Assembly (NCBI GenBank): GCA_965248755.1
Contig: OZ252149.1
Location: forward strand, 4,252,314 to 4,316,313
Origin: Candidatus Latescibacterota bacterium
GTDB lineage: Bacteria; Latescibacterota; CBDEFO01
Reading direction: 5' to 3'
DNA length: 64,000 bases
Shown: positions 52,280 to 62,263 of the stretch, piece after piece
Layout of the letters: each line of letters begins with the position of its first letter
Position numbering within the stretch: position 1 is the stretch's first letter
Notes under the pieces: model-generated
Database searches by the model: none
Told to the model about the DNA's origin: nothing
The model's input: only the letters and a program-made list of their open reading frames with translations
Program-made: the position numbers and the translations under genes

Positions 52280-53225
52280 AGCTGAAGACGCGAAAAGAAA
52301 GAGCTTTTTTTCGATTGTGATCCCCCTCTTGAACGAGAGACCAAGCCTCAAAGAGCTCTTTTTCAGGATCAAGAGCGTAATGGGGGAGGTGGAGAAAGGA
52401 TACGAGGTAATCTTTATAGACGACGGGAGCACGGACGGCTCGTTTGAGATCTTAGAGGAATTGAAAAAAGATAACAAAGAGGTGGTAGCGATTCAGTTCA
52501 GAAGGAACTGCGGGAAAGCTGCCGCTCTATCTGCGGGATTTGAACAGGCACAGGGCGAGGTTATCGTAACGATGGACGCCGATCTTCAGGACGATCCTGA
52601 GGAGATACCCAATGTCATACAGAAGATAAACGAGGGTTATGACATCGTCTCCGGATGGAAGAAAGAGAGGAAGGACCCTATAGGGAAGCGGCTCTCCTCC
52701 AAGGTCTTCAACTTCGTCACTTCGCTTGTCACAGGTGTGCATCTCCACGACATCAACTGTGGGCTTAAGGCCTACAGATGGGAAGTGGCAAAGGACATCA
52801 CTCTTTACGGAGAACTCCACAGGTACGTCCCTGTCCTCGCCTACTGGAAGGGGTACAAAGTAGGAGAACTCGCCGTGGTGCATCACCCCCGAAAGTTCGG
52901 AAAGAGCAAATACGGAGTAAAGAGGTTTCTAAGCGGTTTCTTCGATCTTTTGACGGTTATGATGATAACCAGATACCTTACAAAGCCCCTGCACCTCTTC
53001 GGCACAGTTGGAGTCATACTCACACTGGCAGGAACGGCCATAAACTCATATCTTACGTACCACAAACTCACAACCGGTTCACTCGGTGGACGTTATCCAC
53101 TTTTGATGTTGGGAATCCTTTTGATGATAGTAGGCATACAATTTGTCTCAACTGGACTCCTTGCTGAGATAATGACGACCTCGATGGGAAAAGAGAAATA
53201 CCCCATCAGAAAGATATTGGAGTAG
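52257..53225 (+). CDS. GT2 polyprenyl-phosphate sugar synthase (GtrB/CsbB/ArnC-like)
   Basis: FSIVIPLLNE...IFIDDGSTDGS...VTMDADLQDDPEEIP and two C-terminal TM helices. Confidence 0.8.
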   Translation: MQKEDKSRAEDAKRKSFFSIVIPLLNERPSLKELFFRIKSVMGEVEKGYEVIFIDDGSTDGSFEILEELKKDNKEVVAIQFRRNCGKAAALSAGFEQAQGEVIVTMDADLQDDPEEIPNVIQKINEGYDIVSGWKKERKDPIGKRLSSKVFNFVTSLVTGVHLHDINCGLKAYRWEVAKDITLYGELHRYVPVLAYWKGYKVGELAVVHHPRKFGKSKYGVKRFLSGFFDLLTVMMITRYLTKPLHLFGTVGVILTLAGTAINSYLTYHKLTTGSLGGRYPLLMLGILLMIVGIQFVSTGLLAEIMTTSMGKEKYPIRKILE

Positions 53226-53301
53226 GACATTAGGCTTAAAGACGTATGTAAAGTTAAAGTTGCCGAAGATTCTTACTTCCAGACTCCCCATCCGTGTCCT
53301 G

Positions 53302-54003
53302 TTACGCAGCTTCTTTTTTCCCTTCGTCTTTTTTCGCTTTTCTGGCCTCTATTTCCTCTTTGAGATGGTCTATCATACGGGACGCCTTTCTCATTATTGG
53401 ATTGTCCTTGAGGAAATTACGTGCTTTTTGTCGTTCCTCCTCTGTGAAGACTTCCTCTTCGACGAGCTTGGATATGAGGTCTTTTTGCTCTTTGGAGGCA
53501 GTTTTCCCGTTCCCGTTGCTTCCGAACCCACCGTTTCTCGTGCCTGTATGTTCCCGGGGAGGCTCCTTTATCTCATCCACAGAGCACATTCCTGTGGCGG
53601 TCGCCAACCGCATAGCCCTGTTGGTAGCTCTCCTTGTCGCCATTTCGATCGGATATTCTGGGAACTTTACAAAGCCCTTCAGGTTATGAGGGCTCGCCGT
53701 GCCGTAATCTACGAAGGGCTTTTCGAATCCTTCGACCCAGACTTCCCCTTTCATGACAACGAGGGGATCTCCCTCCTTGAGAGCTATCATCGCCCTCAGG
53801 AGTCTGTACTCCTCAACTGAGGGGGGGAGTGCCTGAACAGCGAATCTTCCTGCTCCGTACTTCTGCAGCATCTTATACTGGAGGCCCGCTCCGGTTATGT
53901 AAGGTTCACCATCTATAAATACCACAAATTCCTCAACCTTTTGGATAGGGAAGCGCTCAGAATCTGCGATCTCTTTTTGCATCTCTTTCAATGTCTTTTC
54001 CAT
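53302..54003 (-). CDS. hypothetical protein with Gly-rich linker
   Basis: 233 aa, charged, no signal peptide; no recognisable family. Confidence 0.4.
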   Translation of the reverse strand: MEKTLKEMQKEIADSERFPIQKVEEFVVFIDGEPYITGAGLQYKMLQKYGAGRFAVQALPPSVEEYRLLRAMIALKEGDPLVVMKGEVWVEGFEKPFVDYGTASPHNLKGFVKFPEYPIEMATRRATNRAMRLATATGMCSVDEIKEPPREHTGTRNGGFGSNGNGKTASKEQKDLISKLVEEEVFTEEERQKARNFLKDNPIMRKASRMIDHLKEEIEARKAKKDEGKKEAA

Positions 54004-54378
54004 CTGAAACCTCCACTCTAAAATAATAATCTAAAGGAACAATTCCCGAATAGTGTCGACACTACGAATATACTGTACATTAGTGTATTTGTCAAGGAAA
54101 AAATAAAGATTTTTCCAGATATTTAAAAAAAATGGAACGATCATCCGTAACGGTTTCTTGATGCTTAATTTTGTGGAACTGATAGGGCTATAAATACGGA
54201 CTAAATCAGCTTGTAAAACCCTTACGAGATTTTGCATAGGTTTTGATTTTACTTGATTTCTGCGCATCAGATGAATATATTATCGATGTGCTCTTTGGAC
54301 GTATTTCGTTTGTGGAAGAATAGAGTTGATCTGTCATCGGTGCACTGATAGAATCCAGGTAAGTGGGAGAAAAGGTGA

Positions 54379-54990
54379 ATGGTTGAGCTTTTCAGTAAGG
54401 GCGGATCTTTTATGTATCCGCTCCTGTTCTTATTTGTCGTCGGAGTAGCTATAATTTTGGAGCGCATCTGGACACTCACCAGGGCTTCTGTCAATACGAA
54501 GAGATTCTTCTTTCGGCTCCAAACCGCCCTTGAGGAAAATGGTCCTGAAGGAGCAGCTATGGTCTGCGCTGATACAAGGGGTCCCGCTGCGACTGTCATC
54601 CATGCCGGACTTCTAAGGCTCCCAAGGGGAATTGATCACGTAGAAAAGGCAATTGGTGATTCAGGAGCTATCGAAATGGCATTTTTGGAAAAGGGGATGG
54701 TCTGGCTCGCTACGGTTGCCAACATAGCTCCCATGATAGGCTTCTTAGGGACCGTACGGGGTATGATAAGGGCGTTTCAAGCCATCGCTGAGGCGGGGGA
54801 TGTGGAGCCCACGCTCGTGGCTTCTGGAATATCCGAAGCGCTCATTACCACTGCAGCCGGACTCGCCGTGGCTATACCGATGCAGTTCTTTCACAATCTC
54901 TTCGTCTCCAGAATTGACAAGATCGTTATCGAAATGCAGGAGACCTCTACAGCCTTTGTGGATAGTCTTATCGAAAAAGAGTTTGGTTAG
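54379..54990 (+). CDS. exbB: MotA/TolQ/ExbB proton-channel protein
   Basis: 203 aa, three TM segments, IAPMIGFLGTVRGMI motif. Confidence 0.85.
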   Translation: MVELFSKGGSFMYPLLFLFVVGVAIILERIWTLTRASVNTKRFFFRLQTALEENGPEGAAMVCADTRGPAATVIHAGLLRLPRGIDHVEKAIGDSGAIEMAFLEKGMVWLATVANIAPMIGFLGTVRGMIRAFQAIAEAGDVEPTLVASGISEALITTAAGLAVAIPMQFFHNLFVSRIDKIVIEMQETSTAFVDSLIEKEFG

Positions 54991-55016
54991 GTGCGGCACG
55001 ACGCAGAGGAAACAAC

Positions 55017-55433
55017 GTGAGATTCGAGAGGAAATCGAGGATCGACCAGACAGTTCCGACCGCTTCGATGGCTGACATTGCCTTTTTATTGCTTATATTC
55101 TTTATGGTCTCGACGGTATTCATTACCTACCGGGGGCTACCTGTGATATTGCCCAAGGCCCAGAAGATAGAGGAACTCAAAACCAGAAGGAATATAGCAA
55201 ACCTGTGGATAGGAACCGACGGCACCCTCGTTATTGATGACGATAAAGTGGACATCTCATCGATAAGGTCAGTTATGTACAACAAGCTGTCGGAAAATCC
55301 GAGGATCATAGTTTCGCTTAAGTGCGATGAGGAGGCACCCTGCGGCGTCCTGTACGACGTTCTGGTGGAATTAAGAGAATCTCAGGCTCTAAGGGTCAAC
55401 TTCGCCACAGACAGGAAGAAGGAGACACGTTGA
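55017..55433 (+). CDS. exbD: ExbD/TolR biopolymer transport protein
   Basis: ASMADIAFLLLIFFMVSTVF N-terminal TM region. Confidence 0.85.
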   Translation: MRFERKSRIDQTVPTASMADIAFLLLIFFMVSTVFITYRGLPVILPKAQKIEELKTRRNIANLWIGTDGTLVIDDDKVDISSIRSVMYNKLSENPRIIVSLKCDEEAPCGVLYDVLVELRESQALRVNFATDRKKETR

Positions 55434-56089
55434 TCAGAAAGAAGAACCCCAAGGTGGATCTCAAGCTCGAATATAAAAAGGTCTTTCCAGTATGCCTCTT
55501 CGTATCGGTCCTGCTGACCTTTTTGGTATTCTTCTTCAGCAGGGAATTTGACGTTAAAGCGTACGCCAAGCCGCCACAGAGAATAATCCTGCAGATTGAG
55601 GACATACCCGAGACTCATCAGATCAAAAGACCACCTCCGCCTCCGAGGCCCTCTGTTCCGATAGAAGTTGAGGCCGAAGATCTCGTAGATGATGTGACAA
55701 TAGAAAGCACGGACCTAGACTTGAGCCAGATTCCAGCGGATATTCCTCCACCGCCCCCTCTGATTGAGACTTTTCCCGTTGAGCATTTGGCCGATGAGGA
55801 GGAGATAGTCGAGTTCTGGCATGCGGAGGTAAAGCCGAAGCTGGTTAAGTCTGTGGTCCCGGAGTATCCTGAGATCGCACGTAAGGCTGGGATAGAGGGG
55901 AAAGTCTCTCTGCGTCTTTTAATCGGTAAGGACGGTAAAGTGGAGGAAGTGGAGTTCCTGAAGGGCCCCGTAGTATTCAAAGATTCGGCAATAGAAGCGG
56001 TGATGCAATACTTATTTTCACCGGCTATGCAGAACGATAAGCCTGTGAGGGTATGGGCGGCTCAGATGATCAGGTTCAAATTGAAATGA
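55430..56089 (+). CDS. tonB: TonB-family energy transducer
   Basis: N-terminal TM anchor, Pro-rich spacer PPPPPRPSVP, C-terminal TonB-like domain. Confidence 0.75.
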   Translation: MIRKKNPKVDLKLEYKKVFPVCLFVSVLLTFLVFFFSREFDVKAYAKPPQRIILQIEDIPETHQIKRPPPPPRPSVPIEVEAEDLVDDVTIESTDLDLSQIPADIPPPPPLIETFPVEHLADEEEIVEFWHAEVKPKLVKSVVPEYPEIARKAGIEGKVSLRLLIGKDGKVEEVEFLKGPVVFKDSAIEAVMQYLFSPAMQNDKPVRVWAAQMIRFKLK

Positions 56090-56092
56090 CTG

Positions 56093-56150
56093 AATGTAGG
56101 AGCTGGGTTTCCCAGCCCTTGTGGCGAGCGAACCTCGCCCCTACATCTTA
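56093..56150. terminator. nested stem-loops between convergent tonB and exbD (probable bidirectional terminator)
   Basis: GCTGGG-TTT-CCCAGC and GGCGAG-CGAAC-CTCGCC hairpins enclosed by GTAGG/CCTAC. Confidence 0.45.
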
Positions 56151-56158
56151 TTTGGGAA

Positions 56159-56563
56159 TTACTTTATAGGAGAGGCTATAGATATTCTGGTGGCTCCCGC
56201 TAACTTGAGTTCATCTAATACATCGACAAAGGCTCTGTACGGGGTCTCCCTGTCCGACTGCAGAGATACTATAAGCTTATCATTTTCGGAGAGTCTTCGC
56301 TTTATCTCATCTGTAAGGTTAAACAGACTGATCTCCTCTCCATCTACGGCGATATCCCCGGCGGCGTTGAGCCAGATGTTGCAGATGTTTTTCTTGGGAA
56401 CGGGCTTTGTCTTACCGGCGGAAGGCAGAATTAGTCCTATACCTTTATCCCTGTTTAAAGTGGTGGTCACCAGGAAAAATATGATCAGCAAAAAGGCGAT
56501 GTCCGCCATAGCCACAACGGGGATGAAGACCGTTACCTTTCTTTTCCTTTTGGGTATCAACAT
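56159..56563 (-). CDS. ExbD/TolR biopolymer transport protein (second copy)
   Basis: VVAMADIAFLLIIFFLVTTTL. Confidence 0.8.
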   Translation of the reverse strand: MLIPKRKRKVTVFIPVVAMADIAFLLIIFFLVTTTLNRDKGIGLILPSAGKTKPVPKKNICNIWLNAAGDIAVDGEEISLFNLTDEIKRRLSENDKLIVSLQSDRETPYRAFVDVLDELKLAGATRISIASPIK

Positions 56564-56593
56564 CTGTGATGTCCTACTGTTTTCGGTGGACGT

Positions 56594-57820
56594 TCACTTG
56601 CCTGCTTTTTTCTTCCCCTTTTTAAAGAAATTGAGTTTTTTCTTCTCCTCCTCCGATATAGCTGGTCTTATAGACCATATCATCTGCTGAGCGTGCTCTC
56701 TCCATGTGGAGTCGTTCAAAGCTGATGTGAACTCCCGTATTGCCTCATCCTCCTTGCCTTTTTCCAGATAATATTCCCCGTTGAGTACCCTCAAGTGGCC
56801 ATTTTGTGGGTCAATGGACAAGCCCATATTGATCCGGGCTTCGGCGCTTTCCATGTCTCCAGACTTGAGACTTCCTTCCGCCAGTTGAATAATGGAGGAA
56901 ATATCGTGGGGCCTTATGCGCACCATCCCTTCCAATGCAAATATGGCATCCTCATCTTTTCCTAACTTCTGGGCGATCGAGCGTATCTTGGAAAATGTCG
57001 CATAGCTTGTCGAATCTATCTTTGCAATAGTTTTATATGACTCTAAGGCATCTTCATAGTAACCCATCTTGGACTGAAGACCCGCCAATTTGGTCAAGAC
57101 TGTCATATTTTGGGGATTTAGTCGTAAGAGCTCTTTATAGGTTCTGATAGCTTCATCGTCCAAGGCGAGATAGACGCAAAGTTGGCCTATACGATTTAAC
57201 ATAGTACTATCCTTTTCCACAAGTTTGGACAATTTCCGCAGGTACGCTAACTCATCCAGGTGTAGGCCTTTATAGCGGTATAGGCCGGACAAGGTCCTCA
57301 AAACAGGTTCCTGCTCCGGTTCTATAGCAAGTATCGTTTCATATTCTCTTATAGCCGAATCGTACTGAGCATCTACATGGTAGATATTAGCAAGCATAAG
57401 ATGCGCGTTAATATGCGTGGAATCTGCCTTTATCGCCTCAAGATATGCGGCTTTTGCAGCGTCGGTGTTCCCTTTTACCTTATGGTAGATACTTCCCAGG
57501 GCGTAGTGAGCTTTGGCATTATGGGGATTAAAGGATAAAGATTTTCTGTATTGCTGTATCGCGTCATCGTACATCTTATTTTGATCGTACTGCACGGCAA
57601 AGCTATAGTGTTTCCTCGCCTCAAGTACAGATACCGAATCGACATCAGCCGACCTTGCAAAAGTGGTGCTATCTGGCGTGTTTGCTGACGGAGTGGTCGC
57701 ACCACCCCAAGAGGGTTCGGCAGACAACATAAAGGACGAAAAGAGTATTAAGAGTGAAATGACCAATTTCTTATCCATCAAAATATAGTAACTTACTGAT
57801 GGGGACTTCGGGCTTATCAA
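56594..57820 (-). CDS. secreted tetratricopeptide-repeat protein
   Basis: Signal peptide; repeated A-x-x-Y-Y-x-L-G TPR-like units. Confidence 0.7.
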   Translation of the reverse strand: MISPKSPSVSYYILMDKKLVISLLILFSSFMLSAEPSWGGATTPSANTPDSTTFARSADVDSVSVLEARKHYSFAVQYDQNKMYDDAIQQYRKSLSFNPHNAKAHYALGSIYHKVKGNTDAAKAAYLEAIKADSTHINAHLMLANIYHVDAQYDSAIREYETILAIEPEQEPVLRTLSGLYRYKGLHLDELAYLRKLSKLVEKDSTMLNRIGQLCVYLALDDEAIRTYKELLRLNPQNMTVLTKLAGLQSKMGYYEDALESYKTIAKIDSTSYATFSKIRSIAQKLGKDEDAIFALEGMVRIRPHDISSIIQLAEGSLKSGDMESAEARINMGLSIDPQNGHLRVLNGEYYLEKGKEDEAIREFTSALNDSTWREHAQQMIWSIRPAISEEEKKKLNFFKKGKKKAGK

Positions 57821-58019
57821 AAATAAATCCGATTACCCCATAAAGTCAAGATATATCGGGATAGATAGAAACATAGGTAATAGTGAAGTAGTAAGGAGGG
57901 AGAAAGGCAGATGCGCTGAATTCACAGAAGGTAAAAGTCTATCGGAAGATTCTTAAATTGTCAACTTTAGAGCGCGATTCATCACTGAGATTCTGTAACA
58001 GGGGAGTCGCCTCTATATC

Positions 58020-59365
58020 GGGTCTGTCAGTTTTTTTGTGTAAATGGGATTTTCTTCTGTACCCTTTTCGGCTTATTCTATACCAAATCTCCCCTCGAAG
58101 TGGATGGAGAATTGGTGAATGGCCAAGCTCCAGTTCCTGATCGGCATCGTCCATTTTTTCTTGATATTCTTGAGTGTCATATAGAGTAACTTAATCGCTG
58201 TCTCGTCGTTTGGGAAGCTATTTCTGTTCTTTATTACTTTCCGTAGAGAGTTATTAAGCGATTCGATGGCGTTTGTGGTATAGATCACCCTTCGGATCTC
58301 TTCAGAGTAGGCGAAAAACGGGATGATCCGAGACCAGTTATTCTGCCACGATTTACTTATCATCGGATAACGGCTGTCCCAAGCCTCCTGAAAATCTCCA
58401 AGGGCCTCTTCAGCCTGTTCTACCGTGGGGGCTCGGTATATATTCTTGAGGTCGGCGGCAATCTTCTTACGATCCCTATACGACACGAACTTCAAGGAAT
58501 TCCTCACCACATGGACAATACAGAGCTGGACCTCTGCTTGGGGAAATACGGATTCAATAGCCTCTGGAAGACCCTGGAGACCATCCACGCAAGCTATCAA
58601 CACATCGTTCATCCCCCGATTCTTAAGCTCCGTGAAAACTTGCAGCCAGAACTTCGCCCCCTCGCTCTTTGCAATCCAGATACCCAAAACGTCTTTCATC
58701 CCATCCAGACCGACCCCTACCGCAAGATACACCGCCTTGTTTACGATCCGGCCTTCGTCTCTAATCTTCATCACCAGAGAATCAAAGAATACTATGGGAT
58801 ACACCCCTTCCAAAGGACGATCCTGCCACTGCTTCACCTCTGATATGATCCCATCGGTCACAGTCGATATCAAATCAGGGGCACCTCTACACCGTATATC
58901 TCCTCCAAATGAGCCTGTATATCACGTGTGGTCATCCCTCGGGCATACATAGACAGTATCTTATCATCAAAACCTGTAAATCGCCTCTGCCCCTTCCTCA
59001 CTATCTGCGGATCAAACTGACTGTTCCGATCCCGTGGCACCGATATCTCCAGATCACCATAATCTGTCTTCAATCCCTTTGTGCTCCTACCGTTGCGCGA
59101 ATTACCGCTGTTCCTCCCTTCTGGAGAACTCTTATCGTAGCCTAACTCATACGTAAGCTCTGACTCCAGAGCCCGCTCAAGAATCGCCTTCGTCAACTGC
59201 TTCAAAAGACCTTCCTAACCAATTATGTCTTCCGGCTTCTTGTAATCCTTCAAAAGCTCATCAATCAACTTCGGGTCTAGCTTGTCCATGTAAGAACTCC
59301 TTATGTAAATGGTGGACAACTAATATAACTCATTTCCCCATTTACACAAATTTCCTTACACACCC
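58020..59365 (-). mobile_element. IS256-family insertion sequence, copy 1 (inactivated), flanked by 8-bp TSD TCTATATC
   Basis: Termini GGGTCTGTCAGTTTTTTTGTGTAAATGGG / CCCCATTTACACAAATTTCCTTACACACCC form imperfect IRs; identical 8-mers at 58012-58019 and 59366-59373. Confidence 0.85.
58073..59319 (-). pseudogene. IS256-family transposase, inactivated (1-nt deletion plus nonsense codon)
   Basis: Split into ORFs 58073..58873 and 58870..59205; relative to copy 2 lacks one A near 58878 and has GAG to TAG near 59203; also a Q to R substitution. Confidence 0.85.
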
Positions 59366-59366
59366 T

Positions 59367-60374
59367 CTATATCTCCCCTTCAATCTCCTTTCTCATTAAA
59401 GAGCAGAAACTGATCGCCCTCTTCAGACATCCCTCAGCCTTCTTTTGATCTACCTTGTTCTCTTTCTCAAGCATGTCCCTCTTTTGGGGCAACCATACAT
59501 TTTCCAGATAGTCCATCTGCTCGTTCAGATTCGGGTCGTCCGCGCAGCTTATGAAGTAGTCGATGATCCCCAACAGTCCAAATTTCAAGCTTACAGAATA
59601 TGATTTCGTCTCCTCATCCAAATCTAGGCAGATGTTTTTGCTTCTGTTCTGCCGTGCCGTTGCCAGTTTCCCGGCAGAAACGGTCAAAAGTGTATTTACA
59701 AAACTGTCCTTGTTCTGTACCCAGTCCGCCAGCCCCTCTACGTAGTCCAGAAGGTCCACCTTTTCGCCTCTAGAGATAACCGAGTAGGCTCGTATCTGCA
59801 CGTTTCTGAAGAACGCCACGAGTCCAATGTTGGCGTCTATAGTGTCAGCATCGTACAGTATCCTCTTCTCCAGGGAGGAATATTCTCTCTCCACATCGCT
59901 TGGGCTTAATCTACTGGACTTGAGGTGGCCTACGATAATATCTGCTATCTTCTGACAGAACGTTTCGGGGAAATTCCTCATCCTTAATATCTCTTCTGAG
60001 ATGAAAGCACCAGATACATTATGTATTTCTCCGAACAGATTGTACTTCTCGTATAGTTGAGTTACAATATTGTTTCCTGTGGGCAGCAGAGAATCGTTCA
60101 GCCAGAAACCATGCTCATTTAGAAGCCTGTTTCCGTTTTCATCCATGCTAACAGGACCGTCGTATCTTTTTGTAATATCGTGGAGCGTAGCTGCATATTT
60201 CAACTGATCTATGTCTCCACCTTCATCTTCACCCAAGGATACGCTCAGGTTCCTTACTCTCATCGTATGATTGAAGTAATAGTGTCTCCACAAAAAGCCC
60301 ACCCGCTTTTCGTCCCACAGATTGAAAGTGGACCCTACAAGATCTTCTAACTCCTTCAATCTATTGTCTTCCAT
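59367..60374 (-). CDS. HD-domain phosphohydrolase-like protein
   Basis: 335 aa; H...HD motif region HYYFNHTMRV...AATLHDITK and later LYDADTIDANIG; stop codon lies inside the right TSD of IS256 copy 1. Confidence 0.65.
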   Translation of the reverse strand: MEDNRLKELEDLVGSTFNLWDEKRVGFLWRHYYFNHTMRVRNLSVSLGEDEGGDIDQLKYAATLHDITKRYDGPVSMDENGNRLLNEHGFWLNDSLLPTGNNIVTQLYEKYNLFGEIHNVSGAFISEEILRMRNFPETFCQKIADIIVGHLKSSRLSPSDVEREYSSLEKRILYDADTIDANIGLVAFFRNVQIRAYSVISRGEKVDLLDYVEGLADWVQNKDSFVNTLLTVSAGKLATARQNRSKNICLDLDEETKSYSVSLKFGLLGIIDYFISCADDPNLNEQMDYLENVWLPQKRDMLEKENKVDQKKAEGCLKRAISFCSLMRKEIEGEI

Positions 60375-60860
60375 TCTTTTCTCCTGAAAGTATAGAACAA
60401 AGAGTCTAAAGTTGCCTTTCTTCTCCCCGTTTCAAAAGATATTCCTGAATATACGGAAAAGTTCCCAAGGCTGCAACAAGGGTTTCCCGCATCTAGAAGA
60501 ATAAAGATACATGGTATCCACCCACACGGGACGCTCTTGCCTGTTGGGCGTAATCAGATGTTGACTGTGGAAGGTTACCTCTTGCCGTGAGAAGATCTCC
60601 AACAAGATGGTGCGGATGGGCTTCTTGGCGTTAGACCACTATGGAGTGGATCATCCCATGGATAGGGTCAGGTAGTTCCTATTGAGCCATCGCACACCAA
60701 ACAGAGATATTCGAAGGCTTTGCCCTGGAATTTCCTGTCACCACCTATGTCTAAGACCAAAGGAGTATTCCACTTGGCTGTTTTCCTCAGTTTTGCGCGA
60801 GGGACTTGACAAGATCTCACAAATTTGCTATCTTTACAACGATTAGGGGTAAGATCTTGC

Positions 60861-60938
60861 GCGCCCATGGCTCAATTTGGATAGAGCATCTGACTACGGA
60901 TCAGAAGGTTGGGGGTTCGAGTCCCTCTGGGCGTGCCA
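60861..60938 (+). tRNA. tRNA-Arg (anticodon ACG)
   Basis: Cloverleaf folded by hand: acceptor GCGCCCA/TGGGCGT, D-stem GCTC/GAGC, anticodon stem TCTGA/TCAGA with loop CTACGGA, T-stem GGGGG/CCCTC with loop TTCGAGT, discriminator G, encoded CCA. Confidence 0.8.
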
Positions 60939-60943
60939 GAAAA

Positions 60944-60981
60944 AACAACGGGTTACGACAATTAGATCGTAGCCCGTTGTT
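60944..60981 (+). terminator. stem-loop downstream of tRNA-Arg
   Basis: AACAACGGG ... CCCGTTGTT 9-bp stem. Confidence 0.4.
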
Positions 60982-60985
60982 CGTT

Positions 60986-61022
60986 TGGTGACATATTGGT
61001 GACAGAAAGCGGGCTGGTGACA
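60986..61022. repeat. three direct TGGTGACA repeats
   Basis: Copies at 60986, 60997 and 61015, immediately downstream of the tRNA. Confidence 0.6.
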
Positions 61023-61534
61023 GCTGAAAAGAGCCTGGTAACTCTTCTATGTACACGTCAGTAACAAATCATAATATTGACGGAATCTATTCCATAGCGG
61101 CTTCGGAGGAAAAAAGGCAGTTGATGCAAATACACATCAACGAACTCATCTGGACGTTCGCTGAAGTGAAGCCACGTTGAGCCACCACCTTCAGCGTGGC
61201 TCAACATAGGTACTCCGCAGAGCGGAGCTTCAAACCCCATGCTTGGGTGCTATCCCCTACACCCCCCGAGATTGCATTCATTCGCACTTACGCGCGATGG
61301 TATTCTGTCATAACTTTTGGTTCTTCTCCAAAAAGTGTAGTTATTGACGGAAGTAGTTTTTTGAGAATTTAATATTGAAAGGCATCTGTCTGTTCCTGTA
61401 TAGTTTATAGTAGTAAGAACAAACAAATACAGGAGGGGGACAGGATGCCTAGTGACATGAGAGCATAATGGCTTAACCTGCCGAAAGTAAGAGTTAATCG
61501 CGTAACGATCCATAGTGACAGCACCGAAATTTAT

Positions 61535-61819
61535 GTGGATCGAGATGCTCTCTTCGACTTTACTTGCTCTGGCTGTGGCCAGACATCCTTCTGGAGTTGG
61601 GATTGTCGGCAATTCAGGATTAGGGATCTGTCAGTTTTTGAATTTAAGGCCTACCTGATCATAGATAAATATCGCACCAATTGTCCAATCTGCGGGGTGA
61701 AGATTGAAGGACTTGACTTTGTTGATTCTTATTACCGATGCACTGCCGAACAATGGATTAAGGTAGGCAAATATGCTCTGAACTGGGTCCGGCTATCATG
61801 CCAGCGTCCCCGATTGTGA
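61535..61819 (+). pseudogene. ISL3-family transposase, N-terminal fragment
   Basis: CSGCG...RIRDLSVFEFKAYLIIDKYRTNCPICG matches the zf-ISL3 N-terminal pattern; ORF stops at the palindromic element. Confidence 0.5.
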
Positions 61820-61852
61820 TCCCCTATTGAATCTATAGGGGAGCGGGGATCA
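61807..61852. repeat. compound palindromic element (TCCCCGATTG + TGATCCCCTATTGAATCTATAGGGGAGCGGGGATCA)
   Basis: Contains the family loop TGAATCT in a nested hairpin; sits between the ISL3 and IS1380 fragments. Confidence 0.7.
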
Positions 61853-61853
61853 G

Positions 61854-62096
61854 GTGAGGCTCTGGTTATTTGTTCTGGCCAATAATCTTGGAAACTTTCT
61901 GAGGCGGTTGGTTCTTCCAGGGATAATCAAATACCGCTCTCTTGGCAGCCTCCTTGTGAAATTGATCAAGATTGGCGCGCAGATTGTCAGGCACAGCAGA
62001 TACATCACGTTTCAGATGGTTGAGGTTGGGATAGACATGAGGTTATTTGCCGAAATATTATCCCGGATTGAACGATTGCGATGTTACTCTGTTTAG
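61854..62096 (+). pseudogene. IS1380-family transposase, C-terminal fragment
   Basis: LANNLGNFLRRLVLPGIIKYRSLGSLLVKLIKIGAQIVRHSRYITFQMVEV matches the conserved C-terminus; near-identical DNA to 12368-12560 on the opposite strand. Confidence 0.6.
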
Positions 62097-62263
62097 AAGC
62101 CTTGTGAAATAGTTATCTTGTAGGCAGCGTCTGAAACGTCTATTATGGGTCAAACAGTAGCATATCGTATCGTTTTGCTATGGAATAAGCAAAATAGTCT
62201 CATCAGAGTTCTGGTCAGCAAGGAATAGAAGCTGTTTGAAGAACAGGATGCACTGTCTTTGAA

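Noticed and set aside
57939-58154. ORF MDDADQELELGH... present twice (57939..58154 and 62150..62398)
   Set aside because: Lies antisense across the IS256 left end and the transposase 3' end; its duplication reflects IS duplication, not a gene.
61250-61612. 120-aa minus-strand ORF between the tRNA and the ISL3 fragment
   Set aside because: No motifs, overlaps the ISL3 fragment start and a region rich in inverted repeats; more likely non-coding.
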